Part shown: in pieces, positions 1 to 9,581 of the stretch
How the letters are laid out: each line of letters starts with the position of its first letter
Position numbering within the stretch: position 1 is the first letter of the stretch
Position numbers and translations under genes: made by a program
The notes under the pieces: model-generated
The model's input: only the letters and a program-made list of their open reading frames with translations
Told to the model about the DNA's origin: nothing
Database searches by the model: none
Source: an uncultured cyanobacterium
GTDB taxonomy: Bacteria; Cyanobacteriota; Cyanobacteriia; Cyanobacteriales; CAWUOF01
Direction of reading: 5' to 3'
NCBI GenBank assembly: GCA_963744145.1
Contig: CAVUSO010000001.1
Coordinates: forward strand, 320,001 to 384,000
DNA length: 64,000 bases

Positions 1-14
1 TGATTAAGACCTGG

Positions 15-914
15 TTAGAGGGATTGAACTACTAAACTTGGCAATACTTTCTCTTGCAAAGTCTTTTCAATTAATCCTTTGAGAGTTGCAGTGCTACTCG
101 GACAAGAACCACAAGCTCCTTTGAGGAAAACTTTGACTGTATCTCCTTCTATGTCATAAAGTTCTACATCACCTCCATCGGCAATTAGCAATGGGCGGAC
201 ATCTTCGAGTAAAACTTTTTGAATTAGGGAAATCTTTTGAATGGTGGTTAGTTGGGAAGATGATGATTGATAACTAACGTCTTTGGCAAAAGCAATCTCA
301 GTGGCAACTTTGGTGATGTTGTCTTTTTCTTTTAGCACTTCGGCAATTAAATCGTCAATTGGAGATAAACAAGAACCACATCCACCCCCAGCTTTAATGT
401 AGCTAGTTACTTGTTCGGCTGTAGTTAAGTTATTTTCAACAATTACCCGCCGAATTTTTGGTTCACTGATGCCAAAACAACTACAAATTAAAGTACCTTC
501 GTCTTCTTCATGTTCTTCGATTTCAATACCGCGATATTTGTAAATGGCGGCTTCTAAGGCTTCTTGTCCCATGACAGAACAGTGCATTTTTGCTTCTGGT
601 AAACCACCCAGAAAATCAGCGATTTCTTTGTTGGTGATTTTTAAGGCTTGATCTAAGGTTAAACCTTTGACTAATTCGGTGAGCGCAGAAGAGGAGGCGA
701 TCGCACTGGTACAACCAAAGGTTTGAAAGCGAGAATCAAGGATAGTATCTGTGTCTTGATTGATCTTCAGATGTAATCTTAACGCATCACCACAAGCAAT
801 ACTACCGACTTCACCGAAGACTACAGCAATTCCTGGTTCGTTAGGGTCTTCGATCGCACCTTGATTTTTCGGGTTGTAAAATAGGTCTAATACTTTTTCT
901 GTGTAGTCCCACAT
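15..914 (-). CDS. nifU: Fe-S cluster scaffold NifU
   Basis: IscU-like N-domain (ACGD, FGCTSAIASSS, KMHCS), central [2Fe-2S] CxC...CGSC, C-terminal Nfu CGSC; likely start MWDYTEK at 914 rather than 971. Confidence 0.96.
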   Translation of the reverse strand: MWDYTEKVLDLFYNPKNQGAIEDPNEPGIAVVFGEVGSIACGDALRLHLKINQDTDTILDSRFQTFGCTSAIASSSALTELVKGLTLDQALKITNKEIADFLGGLPEAKMHCSVMGQEALEAAIYKYRGIEIEEHEEDEGTLICSCFGISEPKIRRVIVENNLTTAEQVTSYIKAGGGCGSCLSPIDDLIAEVLKEKDNITKVATEIAFAKDVSYQSSSSQLTTIQKISLIQKVLLEDVRPLLIADGGDVELYDIEGDTVKVFLKGACGSCPSSTATLKGLIEKTLQEKVLPSLVVQSL

Positions 915-954
915 GGCAGTTTTCCAAATTAGAGGTAGGGGGAATATAAAGGGT

Positions 955-2166
955 TTATCTATTAGCTGCAACTACTTCTTCTTGTCTACCTTGTAGCCAT
1001 TCAGCAGCATCATTATTGAATGGTGAAAGGGCACGTAACCGCTCAACAATTCCTGGCATTACAGTTAAGACTTGTTCAATTTCTGTCTCAGTTGTGTAAC
1101 GACTTAGACTAAAGCGGATCGAACCGTGAAGAATCACGTAGGGTAAACCCATTGCTCGCAAAACGTGGGAAGGTTCTAAGGAGCCTGAAGTACAAGCAGA
1201 ACCAGAAGAAGCACAGATTCCATATTGATCTAATGAAAGTAAGATTGCTTCCCCTTCAATATATTTGAAACCAATATTAGTGGTGTTAGGTAAGCGATTA
1301 GCTGGATCACCGTTGACTTCACAATCAGGAATATTTGAGAGCAAAGTTTTTTCTAAGCGATCGCGTAATCTGCCTTCTCGTTTAATTGCTTCCGGGAGAT
1401 GTAGTAATTCTAATTCTGCGGCTTTTCCTAAACCAATTATTCCAGGTACATTCTCAGTTCCCGCTCTCCGTCCCCGTTCTTGATGTCCACCAATTAACAA
1501 GGGACGGAAGTGAAAACCGCGTCGCACATATAAGGCACCAACACCTTTAGGAGCATGTAATTTATGACCGGATAAGGTGAGTAGGTCAATGGTACTGTTC
1601 TTCATATTGAGAGGAACTTTACCAACTGCTTGCACCGCATCAACATGGAAAATTGCACCGTATTCTTTAGCTAATGAACCGATTTGTTCGATGGGGAAAA
1701 TTGTACCGGTTTCATTGTTAGCATACATCGTCGAAACTAAAGCTGTGTTTCCAGTTAATGCTGCTTCCAATTCCATCAAATCTAATTGTCCCTGACGGTT
1801 CACTGAAAGATAGGTGACAGTGTAACCTTGTTTTTCCAGTTGTTTACAAACATTTATGACCGCAGCGTGTTCGACTTGGGTAGTGATAATATGCTTTCTA
1901 TTTGGTTGAGCAGCTAAGGCAGCACGAATCGCTGTATTATTACTTTCACTACCGCAACTGGTAAAAACAATTTCTGCATCATCAGCTCCCAAAAGACCTG
2001 CAACTTGTGCCCTGGCTTGTTTTACTGCTTTTCCGACTTTCCCACCAAAGGTGTGCATACTGGAGGGATTACCATAATGTTCGGTCAGGTAGGGTAGCAT
2101 TGCTTCTAATACTAAGGGATCTACCTTGGTCGTGGCGTTATTATCTAGGTAAATACAAGTTGGCAT
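955..2166 (-). CDS. nifS: Cysteine desulfurase NifS
   Basis: YLDNNATT, SGHK PLP lysine, SSGSACTS catalytic Cys; lies between nifB and nifU. Confidence 0.97.
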   Translation of the reverse strand: MPTCIYLDNNATTKVDPLVLEAMLPYLTEHYGNPSSMHTFGGKVGKAVKQARAQVAGLLGADDAEIVFTSCGSESNNTAIRAALAAQPNRKHIITTQVEHAAVINVCKQLEKQGYTVTYLSVNRQGQLDLMELEAALTGNTALVSTMYANNETGTIFPIEQIGSLAKEYGAIFHVDAVQAVGKVPLNMKNSTIDLLTLSGHKLHAPKGVGALYVRRGFHFRPLLIGGHQERGRRAGTENVPGIIGLGKAAELELLHLPEAIKREGRLRDRLEKTLLSNIPDCEVNGDPANRLPNTTNIGFKYIEGEAILLSLDQYGICASSGSACTSGSLEPSHVLRAMGLPYVILHGSIRFSLSRYTTETEIEQVLTVMPGIVERLRALSPFNNDAAEWLQGRQEEVVAANR

Positions 2167-2229
2167 AGTCTTGTCCTTTGTGGGAATTGAAGATGGGAAA
2201 TATGGGGAAGTGGGAATTATTTCGATTAC

Positions 2230-3672
2230 TTACAGACAACCGACGATTTCAGGAACAGCTTCGGTGCTTTTGAGAATATGGCGATCGTAAAATGCCCGGG
2301 CTACTTTTTCGATCACGTCGTAGGCTTCAACTACAATTAATCCTGCTGTTTCTAGATCAGCTTTCGGACATTCACCTACTTTGGAAACTAGAATTGCTTT
2401 ACAGTCAGCGATCGCTTTAATGGTGTGTTCTAAAGTCGCTTCTTCACCATAACCGCTTTGACAGTAATGATCGATTTTGCGATGACCAACAAATTTAGCT
2501 TCGTTAGCATCTACTTCATAAATTTGAAACTCTTTCGCGTGACCGAAGTGTTGATTAACTAAACCTCCACCTTTAGTAGCTACAGCAACCAGAACCTTTG
2601 GACTATCCGCAACTTTTTGAGTCGGTTTAACTTTTTGCTTGGCTAATTTCAATTCTTCTTTGAATTTCTCAATTCCAGCATGAACTTCTTGCCGTGTTTC
2701 TATGTTATAATCTGACTCCATTTCCATGAACTTATCTTTGGTGAATTCTTGACTTCTGTCTTCACCTAAGAGTCCCACTGCATCAGCTCGACATTGACGA
2801 CAGTGACGCATCATCTTCATGTTACCAGCACAGTTATCTTGGACTGTTTTTAGTTCTTTTGGTGTTGGACCACGTTGACCATTTAGACCAAAATATGTGC
2901 CATGCTCTGGAGCAGAAATTAGCGGCATGATATTGTGGAGAAATGCTCCTTTGGAACGAATCACTTCATTTACTTCTGGTAAATGGTGGTCATTAATTCC
3001 TGGAATCATCACCGAGTTAACTTTGCACAGAATGTCAGCTTCTTGAAGTGCTTGTAAACCTTCCATTTGTCGTTCGTGGAGGATTCGAGCTGCTTCAATT
3101 CCTTTGTAGCGTTTCCGACGATAATGAACCCAAGGATAAATTTTCGCTCCGATTTCTGGATCTACCATATTAATAGTGATGGTAACGTGATCCACGTTCA
3201 GCTGCTTAATCCTGTCTACATAATCGGGCAACATCAAACCGTTAGTTGATAAACAAAGCTTGATATCTGGAGCTTTCTCGGCAATTAATTCAAAGGTACG
3301 GAAAGCTTTTTCTGGATTTGCTAGAGGATCTCCGGGACCGGCAATTCCTAATACACTCATTTGGGGAATTTTGCCCGCAATTACTAATACTTTGTGGGCT
3401 GCTTCTTCCGGAGTTAGTAATTCACTAACAACTCCTGGACGACTTTCATTGGCACAGTCATATTTACGGTTACAATAGTTACATTGAATATTGCAAGCAG
3501 GAGCAACAGCTACGTGCATTCTCGCGTAATGATGATGTGCTTCTTCACTATAACAAGGGTGGTTTTCGATCCGTTTTTTTAGTTTTTCGTCAACGTTGTC
3601 GGTAGAAGTACCACAGCTTGAAGAACTACAACCGCTAGAGTGATTAGTAAGGATTCCAGGTTGATGTGTCAT
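2230..3672 (-). CDS. nifB: FeMo-cofactor biosynthesis radical SAM protein NifB
   Basis: HPC motif, CNIQCNYC radical SAM motif, CRQCRADA, C-terminal NifX-like domain. Confidence 0.98.
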   Translation of the reverse strand: MTHQPGILTNHSSGCSSSSCGTSTDNVDEKLKKRIENHPCYSEEAHHHYARMHVAVAPACNIQCNYCNRKYDCANESRPGVVSELLTPEEAAHKVLVIAGKIPQMSVLGIAGPGDPLANPEKAFRTFELIAEKAPDIKLCLSTNGLMLPDYVDRIKQLNVDHVTITINMVDPEIGAKIYPWVHYRRKRYKGIEAARILHERQMEGLQALQEADILCKVNSVMIPGINDHHLPEVNEVIRSKGAFLHNIMPLISAPEHGTYFGLNGQRGPTPKELKTVQDNCAGNMKMMRHCRQCRADAVGLLGEDRSQEFTKDKFMEMESDYNIETRQEVHAGIEKFKEELKLAKQKVKPTQKVADSPKVLVAVATKGGGLVNQHFGHAKEFQIYEVDANEAKFVGHRKIDHYCQSGYGEEATLEHTIKAIADCKAILVSKVGECPKADLETAGLIVVEAYDVIEKVARAFYDRHILKSTEAVPEIVGCL

Positions 3673-3914
3673 TGAATTACTGGGGGTTTAGTGGGTTGAT
3701 AAATCGCTACAGTAAATATGAACAATTAGATTCATTAACTTTTCCCGGAATCCATTGGTTAATTTGGCTTTTAGTATTTGTTTGATGATTAACAATTACC
3801 TTAATCAAAGTACCTTTGGCGGGTTAAGCACTTGGCGTTATGAGATTTATAGCAGCCAGTAAATTCTGGGTAGGAATGACCGGGCTGGATAAAATTTATT
3901 AAACTAATTAAGAC

Positions 3915-4641
3915 TGTACTCAAAATCTGTAATCCTTACAGGGCAAGGGAAAAAAGAATTTTCAAAAAAAGTTAGGGCTAGAGGTACGAGTATTTTTTAT
4001 GGGAAATTCAGGTATTTAGGTAGCAGATAACGGGTATTTCTGTACTCAAATGTAACCCTGTTACTGTCTAGGTTTGATTGATATTTATGGTGTTTTTTTT
4101 GAGTATTTGAGCTTGTACTCAAACGTCTTGAAGAGAAAAAATTAGGACTAATTGTGGCGCGATCGCCTAGAAGATTATTCAATTTAGTTCTGTATCTAAT
4201 ATAGCATTTTTTTTTCCAGTTGCCACTTTTTTCTTTTTTGTTGACAAAACTGATTAATTGTATTTAATGATACAGAAAAAATCAAAATCATCAGAAGTGA
4301 TTGGCAGCAACCGCAACATGATGAATCATGCCTACTAATACTTTAGGATATAAACTGTTAACGAGTATCTAAATATACAAAAATTTCCAAATTCAAAATT
4401 TTTGGTAGGGCTGAATATTGATGCACATAAGTTATTTAGAAACGATGAGTACAATTTTTAGTGGTCAAAGCCACTAGATAAATAGTCTGAAAGACTTACA
4501 GAGTATAGATTTATGCCTGAGTACATAAATACTGATTCTCGGTCTGATCAATACTTATACATATAGCAAAAAATACTTGTCCCCATAGCCCTTAAAAAAA
4601 AAGAATTCCTGTCAGAGCAAGACTTTCAGGACGTGAGTACA
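3915..4641. promoter_or_regulatory. Divergent nifB/nifP promoter region with six TGAGTACA boxes (putative CnfR/PatB-dependent cis elements)
   Basis: TGTACTCA at 3915, 4041, 4114 (oriented to nifB) and TGAGTACA at 4446, 4518, 4634 (oriented to nifP); this motif is known from cyanobacterial nifB upstream regions. Confidence 0.75.
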
Positions 4642-4750
4642 TTGCTAATTATTTTAAGAAGTTTAATCTAGGTGAGTAAAATTACCCGATTTTTCCCTAT
4701 CTGATATAAGAGCAGGATATAAATCACAGCTTTTTACCCCCCGAAAAGCA

Positions 4751-5563
4751 ATGCTACAGACTTTTACCCCTTTATTAAGAGTTAAACCGATTCCACCAGA
4801 AAAACTCGATGCTGAAGATCGGACAACTACTCAAGCAGTAGAACGGAAGATAAAACCTATTCATCCCTTTTTTCATTGGTGGGAAACAGTCCAAGCTGAT
4901 TTCCAGATTATTTTTGAGCGTGATCCTGCTGCTCGTAATTGGTTAGAAGTTCTTTGCTTTTACCCAGGTTTTCATGCTTTAGAGTTACATCGGATTGCCC
5001 ATTGGTTAAATAATCGGAAAATTCCCTTTTTTCCCCGTCTGATTTCTTATCTAACCAGGTTATTTACAGGAGTGGAAATTCACCCTGGTGCTGTGATTGG
5101 TAAGGGGGTATTTATCGATCACGGGATGGGAGTAGTCATTGGGGAGACAGCGATCGTCGGAGACTATACACTCATTTATCAGGGTGTGACTCTGGGAGGA
5201 ACAGGAAAAGAAAGTGGTAAACGTCATCCTACTCTTGGTCAGTATGTAGTGGTCGGAGCTGGAGCAAAAGTTCTAGGAAATATTGAAATTGGTGATCATG
5301 TTCGGGTTGGTGCAGGTTCAATTGTCCTCAGAAATGTCCCCTCCCAATGTACAGTGGTCGGAATTCCTGGTCGAAATATTTGTCCAATCCAAAAGTCCAC
5401 TTGTCCTTTAGACCATGAGCAAATCCCAGATGTAGAAGCTATAGCAATTCGTACTTTAGTCGATCGGATTGAGCAACTAGAAGAATTAGTTAAAAGTCAG
5501 TATGAACTGCAACAGAAGCAGAATCAAATAGTTAATCGTGAAAGGATTGAGGTGATGCTATGA
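4751..5563 (+). CDS. cysE: Serine O-acetyltransferase (NifP)
   Basis: ERDPAA, hexapeptide repeats EIHPGAVIGKGVFIDHGMGVVIGET, KRHPTLG; nif context. Confidence 0.95.
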   Translation: MLQTFTPLLRVKPIPPEKLDAEDRTTTQAVERKIKPIHPFFHWWETVQADFQIIFERDPAARNWLEVLCFYPGFHALELHRIAHWLNNRKIPFFPRLISYLTRLFTGVEIHPGAVIGKGVFIDHGMGVVIGETAIVGDYTLIYQGVTLGGTGKESGKRHPTLGQYVVVGAGAKVLGNIEIGDHVRVGAGSIVLRNVPSQCTVVGIPGRNICPIQKSTCPLDHEQIPDVEAIAIRTLVDRIEQLEELVKSQYELQQKQNQIVNRERIEVML

Positions 5564-6693
5564 AGAGCGCCAATATAAATAAAACAATTCACATTAATGA
5601 TACAACACTACGTGATGGTGAACAAGCAGCAGGAGTGGCTTTTAATCTTGAAGAAAAAGTAGCGATCGCCACATTTTTAGATGCGATCGGTGTGCAAGAA
5701 TTAGAAGTTGGGATTCCCATAATAGGTCATGAAGAAGCTAGAGCCATTCGGGCGATCGCGGATTTAGGACTAAAAGCCAAATTAATCGGTTGGAATCGTG
5801 CTGTACCATCAGATATTCGGGCAGCGATCGCTTGTGGATTAAAACAAGTACATATCTCCGTACCTGTTTCTCCTATCCTGATCGAGGCTAAATTTCATGG
5901 GCAGTGGCGAACCATGTTAGAGTGCTTAGAAGAGACAATTAAGTATGCACTTGATGAAGGACTAGCTGTATCAATAGGTGGGGAAGACTCTTCCAGAGCT
6001 AATGAAAATTTCCTCTTAGATGTAGCATTATGTGCCCAAGAATGGGGAGCTTTTAGATTTCGCTTCTGCGATACAGTGGGAATTCTTGATCCGATCGCTA
6101 CCTATCAAAAAGTCAGCCAACTTGTCTCTAACCTATCTATTCCCATCGAGATGCACACCCATAACGATTTGGGATTAGCAACTGCTAATGCTTTAGCAGG
6201 AATCAAAGCTGGTGCTTTGTCAGTCAATACAACAGTCAATGGTTTAGGAGAAAGAGCCGGTAATGCTGCTTTAGAAGAAGTAGTAATGGCCCTCAAATGT
6301 ATCTATAAAATTGACCTGGGAATAGATACCAAACGTTTATTAGAATTATCACGTTTAGTTGCTCAAGCTTCTAATTGTCCAGTGCCACCTTGGAAAGCAA
6401 TTGTCGGAGCAAATACCTTTGCTCACGAATCTGGTATCCATGCACATGGAATCTTACAAAACCCTGTCACCTACGAACCTTTTGACCCCCAAGAAGTCGG
6501 TTGGGTTCGTCGTTTAGTCGTGGGTAAACATTCCGGTCGGCACTCAATTAAGCATTTTTTTGCCGAGCATGGGATGAACCTGAACCCAGAGGAAACCCAA
6601 TCAGTTTTGGAAGCAGTACGCGATCGAGCAGTGCAATCAAAACACAGTATGACGACAGAAGAACTGCTCAATTTAGCTACCCAAGGGAGATAA
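5560..6693 (+). CDS. nifV: Homocitrate synthase NifV
   Basis: DTTLRDGEQ, HTHNDLG, GLGERAGNA, HESGIH; nif context. Confidence 0.95.
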   Translation: MKSANINKTIHINDTTLRDGEQAAGVAFNLEEKVAIATFLDAIGVQELEVGIPIIGHEEARAIRAIADLGLKAKLIGWNRAVPSDIRAAIACGLKQVHISVPVSPILIEAKFHGQWRTMLECLEETIKYALDEGLAVSIGGEDSSRANENFLLDVALCAQEWGAFRFRFCDTVGILDPIATYQKVSQLVSNLSIPIEMHTHNDLGLATANALAGIKAGALSVNTTVNGLGERAGNAALEEVVMALKCIYKIDLGIDTKRLLELSRLVAQASNCPVPPWKAIVGANTFAHESGIHAHGILQNPVTYEPFDPQEVGWVRRLVVGKHSGRHSIKHFFAEHGMNLNPEETQSVLEAVRDRAVQSKHSMTTEELLNLATQGR

Positions 6694-6697
6694 ATCT

Positions 6698-6964
6698 ATG
6701 CAGCCAGATGAACTAGAACTGGACTTACCACCTCGTTTTGAAATAGGGGAAAAAGTCCAAACACGCAAATTAATCCGGAATGATGGGACATTTCCGGGTC
6801 AAGAAATTGGAGCAACTCTAGCAAAAAAAGGTGAAATTGGTTATGTAATTTCGATCGGTACATTTTTACAAAACTCCTATATTTATGCTGTGCATTTTAT
6901 GGGAACAGGCTTTATAGTTGGTTGTCGTGGTAGAGAATTAGAAACAGTAGAAACCAGAGTTTGA
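6698..6964 (+). CDS. nifZ: Nitrogen fixation protein NifZ
   Basis: IRNDGTFPG, IGTFLQ, VGCR motifs; follows nifV. Confidence 0.93.
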   Translation: MQPDELELDLPPRFEIGEKVQTRKLIRNDGTFPGQEIGATLAKKGEIGYVISIGTFLQNSYIYAVHFMGTGFIVGCRGRELETVETRV

Positions 6965-6975
6965 GGTAATTAAAA

Positions 6976-7182
6976 ATGAAAGTAATGTTACGTCGGGGTC
7001 AAACTGGCAAATTAATCGTTTATGTAGCCAAAAAAGACTTGGAAGAAGAAGTAGTCAGTCAAACTGATGAAGCAAATGGTAACAAAATTTTCACTTTAAC
7101 CAATGGTTGGGAATTAGAAATTGCTAATTTAAGTGAGCCATTACAATTACCACAAACAGTAGAAGCCAGACGTTTAAATTAG
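6976..7182 (+). CDS. nifT: NifT/FixU
   Basis: MKVMLR...YVAKKDLEEEVV...NGW signature; follows nifZ. Confidence 0.93.
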   Translation: MKVMLRRGQTGKLIVYVAKKDLEEEVVSQTDEANGNKIFTLTNGWELEIANLSEPLQLPQTVEARRLN

Positions 7183-7277
7183 ACTTGGAAAGGTGGTCAG
7201 GATAGTTCTATGCAGTTAAGTTAAATGCTCTGAGGGTCAACAACCGTTCACCCTCAGACAATATGTTTAGTTAACTT

Positions 7278-7401
7278 GTAGGGGCGAAGCATTCGGGCGA
7301 TAATTCATCACTTAAATTGTACCCTGAGCGTTCCCTGAGCGAAGTCGAAGGGCGGAGTCGAAGGGCTATTAATTTTATATCCGAATGCTTCGCCCTTCTT
7401 C
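7278..7401. repeat. REP-like palindromic element (GGGCGAAGCATTCGG...CCGAATGCTTCGCCC) carrying a nested double small-repeat insertion
   Basis: Perfect 15-bp inverted arms; homologous to inverted copies at 59400-59475 and 59496-59592. Confidence 0.85.
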
Positions 7402-7806
7402 GCCGATATCTCCCAAAAAAAATCTTAACTGAATTTATTTTAATATATAGTTGATCTGTTGGTTTCATAAATGGTAAGGGCAAAGCATTTCGGTAATATT
7501 ATTCTTCCCTTCGACTACGCTCAGGCTAAACGCTTCAGCAACCATTTATGCGCCGAAATGCTTTGCCCCTACGGTTAACTGAACTGTATTGGCTGATAAG
7601 TTCTTCGCTGATATCTCCCAAAAAAAAATCTTAACTGAATTTATTTTAATATATAGTTGATCTGTTGGTTTCATAAATGGTAAGGGCAAAGCATTTCGGT
7701 AATATTATTCTTCCCTTCGACTACGCTCAGGGTAAACGCTTCAGCAATCATTTATGTGCCGAAATGCTTTGCCCCTACGGTTAACTGAACTGTATTGGCT
7801 GATAAG
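7396..7806. repeat. Tandem direct duplication of about 205 bp, each unit containing a GGGCAAAGCATTTCGG...CCGAAATGCTTTGCCC hairpin
   Basis: 7396-7600 and 7601-7806 are near identical. Confidence 0.92.
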
Positions 7807-7904
7807 AATTAGGAGAAAATTGATGTTTTCGTTGAAATAAGTGCCAGAATTAAGCTTAATACTGAAATTGTTATATTTTACAGTTTACAAGTCTTTACGC
7901 GAGA
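7807..7904 (-). repeat. Conserved GUN4 3' element, copy 1
   Basis: Sense strand TCTCGCGTAAAGACTTGTAAACTGTAAAATATAACAATTTCAG...AAGCTTAATTCTGGCACTTATTTCAACGAAAACATC aligns with the copies at 9582, 17316 and 58993. Confidence 0.85.
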
Positions 7905-9377
7905 AAAAAACTGATAGATCGTACAGGACTGATCCAACAAATTACCCCACGCATAAAAATTCCCTACCCCCCATATACCCCACCATCCCCAACTTGCCGC
8001 AGCGGGGAGGTGACCAAAACGTGCGAATGCGGTGCTAAATGTTAGGTCACTATAGTCCAACCATTTTTCTCCTTTCTTCCATCCTACTTTTATAGCAAAT
8101 TTACGTTTTATTACGCTATCTGCATTTGGATGTCCACCAACATCTTTACTCTCCCATATCTGTTTTTGAACGCTAAACCCAAAACGACCATCAGAGTATT
8201 TCATCCATAACTGATCTATAGTGCGAAAGTCTTTACAGGGAAATTTTAACCAATCATCACCAGTGAGATATCTTTCTTTTGTATTAGCAGCTCTAAGTAC
8301 AAGATCATAAGTTTTTTGATCAGCCTCTTTCCATAACCTATCAGCTAATAAGTTACAGAGATGAGTGTAATCTATATCTCTTTCACTTTCAAGAATAATT
8401 TGAGTTTGTCCAGATACTGGTGATTGGGAAAATTGTGCGTTAGGCGTTGATATATTGGGTATTGACTGACGTACTTGTTTGTTAGGTACTGATTTAGAAC
8501 TAAGCATTTGCAATACTTCACTAGCAGACTGATAGCGATCGCCCAAAGTAACCGATATCATTTTATCTAAGATCATCGCTAAATCATTATTAATATTGAC
8601 TAGCGATCGCCATACCCATTTCATTTGATAAAAGTCAAACAGTTTATCGACATAATTACCGTTTTGTTCTTCTAATAAACAACCCGTCAAAAGTCTAATA
8701 CAAGTAACACCTAAACTATATAAATCACTAGCGGGAAAAGCATGACCCTGTAGTTGTTCTGGAGCTGCGTAACCAGGAGTACCAATATTTGTACCTGCTC
8801 TTGTAAGAACAGTACCCGTAAGTTGCTTGGATACTCCAAAGTCAATTAACATCAAACGATTATTGGCATCTCTAATAATATTATCTGGTTTAATATCTCT
8901 ATGAATTACATTCTTTTGATGCAGAAACTCTAAAACAGGTAGAAGTTGATTTAATAAATTCCTAATCTTTTCTTCATCAAATCTGCCGTTCTGTTGTAAT
9001 TCCTTCAATAAATCTTTTCCATCAATGAACTCTTGTACTAAATATAACCGTCCATCCTGTTCAAAAAATGCTAGCAAATCTGGTATTTGGGGATGTTTAC
9101 CTAAATCTTTTAATCTGACAGCTTCTTGTTTAAATAATTCTGTAGCTTTTTGTAATGCACTACCACCTTGCAACTGAGGTAGAAATTGTTTAATCACACA
9201 GAATGTGCCCAGTCGTTGTTCGTCTATTGATTTGAATGTTCTCCCAAAACCACCCTCTCCGAGAAATTCTACTGCTCGATAGCGATCGCCCAGTAACAAC
9301 CTATTACCGCAGCGCACACAAAACTTTGTCCCAGATGGGTTGATATTCTCACACTCAGGGTTTAGACATAAGCTCAT
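7878..9377 (-). CDS. Ser/Thr protein kinase with N-terminal Cys4 zinc ribbon and C-terminal GUN4-like domain
   Basis: CLNPEC..CVRC, GEGGFG, HRDIKPDN, DFG, APE; GUN4 motifs IDQLW..YSDGRFGFSVQKQIW and GHLP. Confidence 0.93.
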   Translation of the reverse strand: MSLCLNPECENINPSGTKFCVRCGNRLLLGDRYRAVEFLGEGGFGRTFKSIDEQRLGTFCVIKQFLPQLQGGSALQKATELFKQEAVRLKDLGKHPQIPDLLAFFEQDGRLYLVQEFIDGKDLLKELQQNGRFDEEKIRNLLNQLLPVLEFLHQKNVIHRDIKPDNIIRDANNRLMLIDFGVSKQLTGTVLTRAGTNIGTPGYAAPEQLQGHAFPASDLYSLGVTCIRLLTGCLLEEQNGNYVDKLFDFYQMKWVWRSLVNINNDLAMILDKMISVTLGDRYQSASEVLQMLSSKSVPNKQVRQSIPNISTPNAQFSQSPVSGQTQIILESERDIDYTHLCNLLADRLWKEADQKTYDLVLRAANTKERYLTGDDWLKFPCKDFRTIDQLWMKYSDGRFGFSVQKQIWESKDVGGHPNADSVIKRKFAIKVGWKKGEKWLDYSDLTFSTAFARFGHLPAAASWGWWGIWGVGNFYAWGNLLDQSCTIYQFFSRVKTCKL

Positions 9378-9581
9378 AACTTGTCAATAATCCACAGGTT
9401 TCGTGTATAAATAATAGCGGACAGTTAGCCCAAATGTCCAGTGAGGTGTCTTGTTACGGTGTGTTAAGCATTTTGTAGGCGATCGCTTAGATTGTGCGAG
9501 GTTTGATTGTGGGTTGATTAGAGGGCGATAGCTTTGGTTAGGTTTGGGGAGTGCGATCGCATATTTAGAATGATGTTATTC

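Noticed and set aside
7278..7806. CRISPR array or tRNA/ncRNA in the hairpin-rich region
   Set aside because: Explained by REP/MITE-like palindromes and a tandem duplication; no repeat-spacer periodicity or cloverleaf
7905..8003. Classical DGR variable region / template repeat pair for the GUN4 tips
   Set aside because: No reverse transcriptase, avd or template repeat is in the window, and the segments differ in length and do not align as A-to-N variants; a remote DGR cannot be fully excluded
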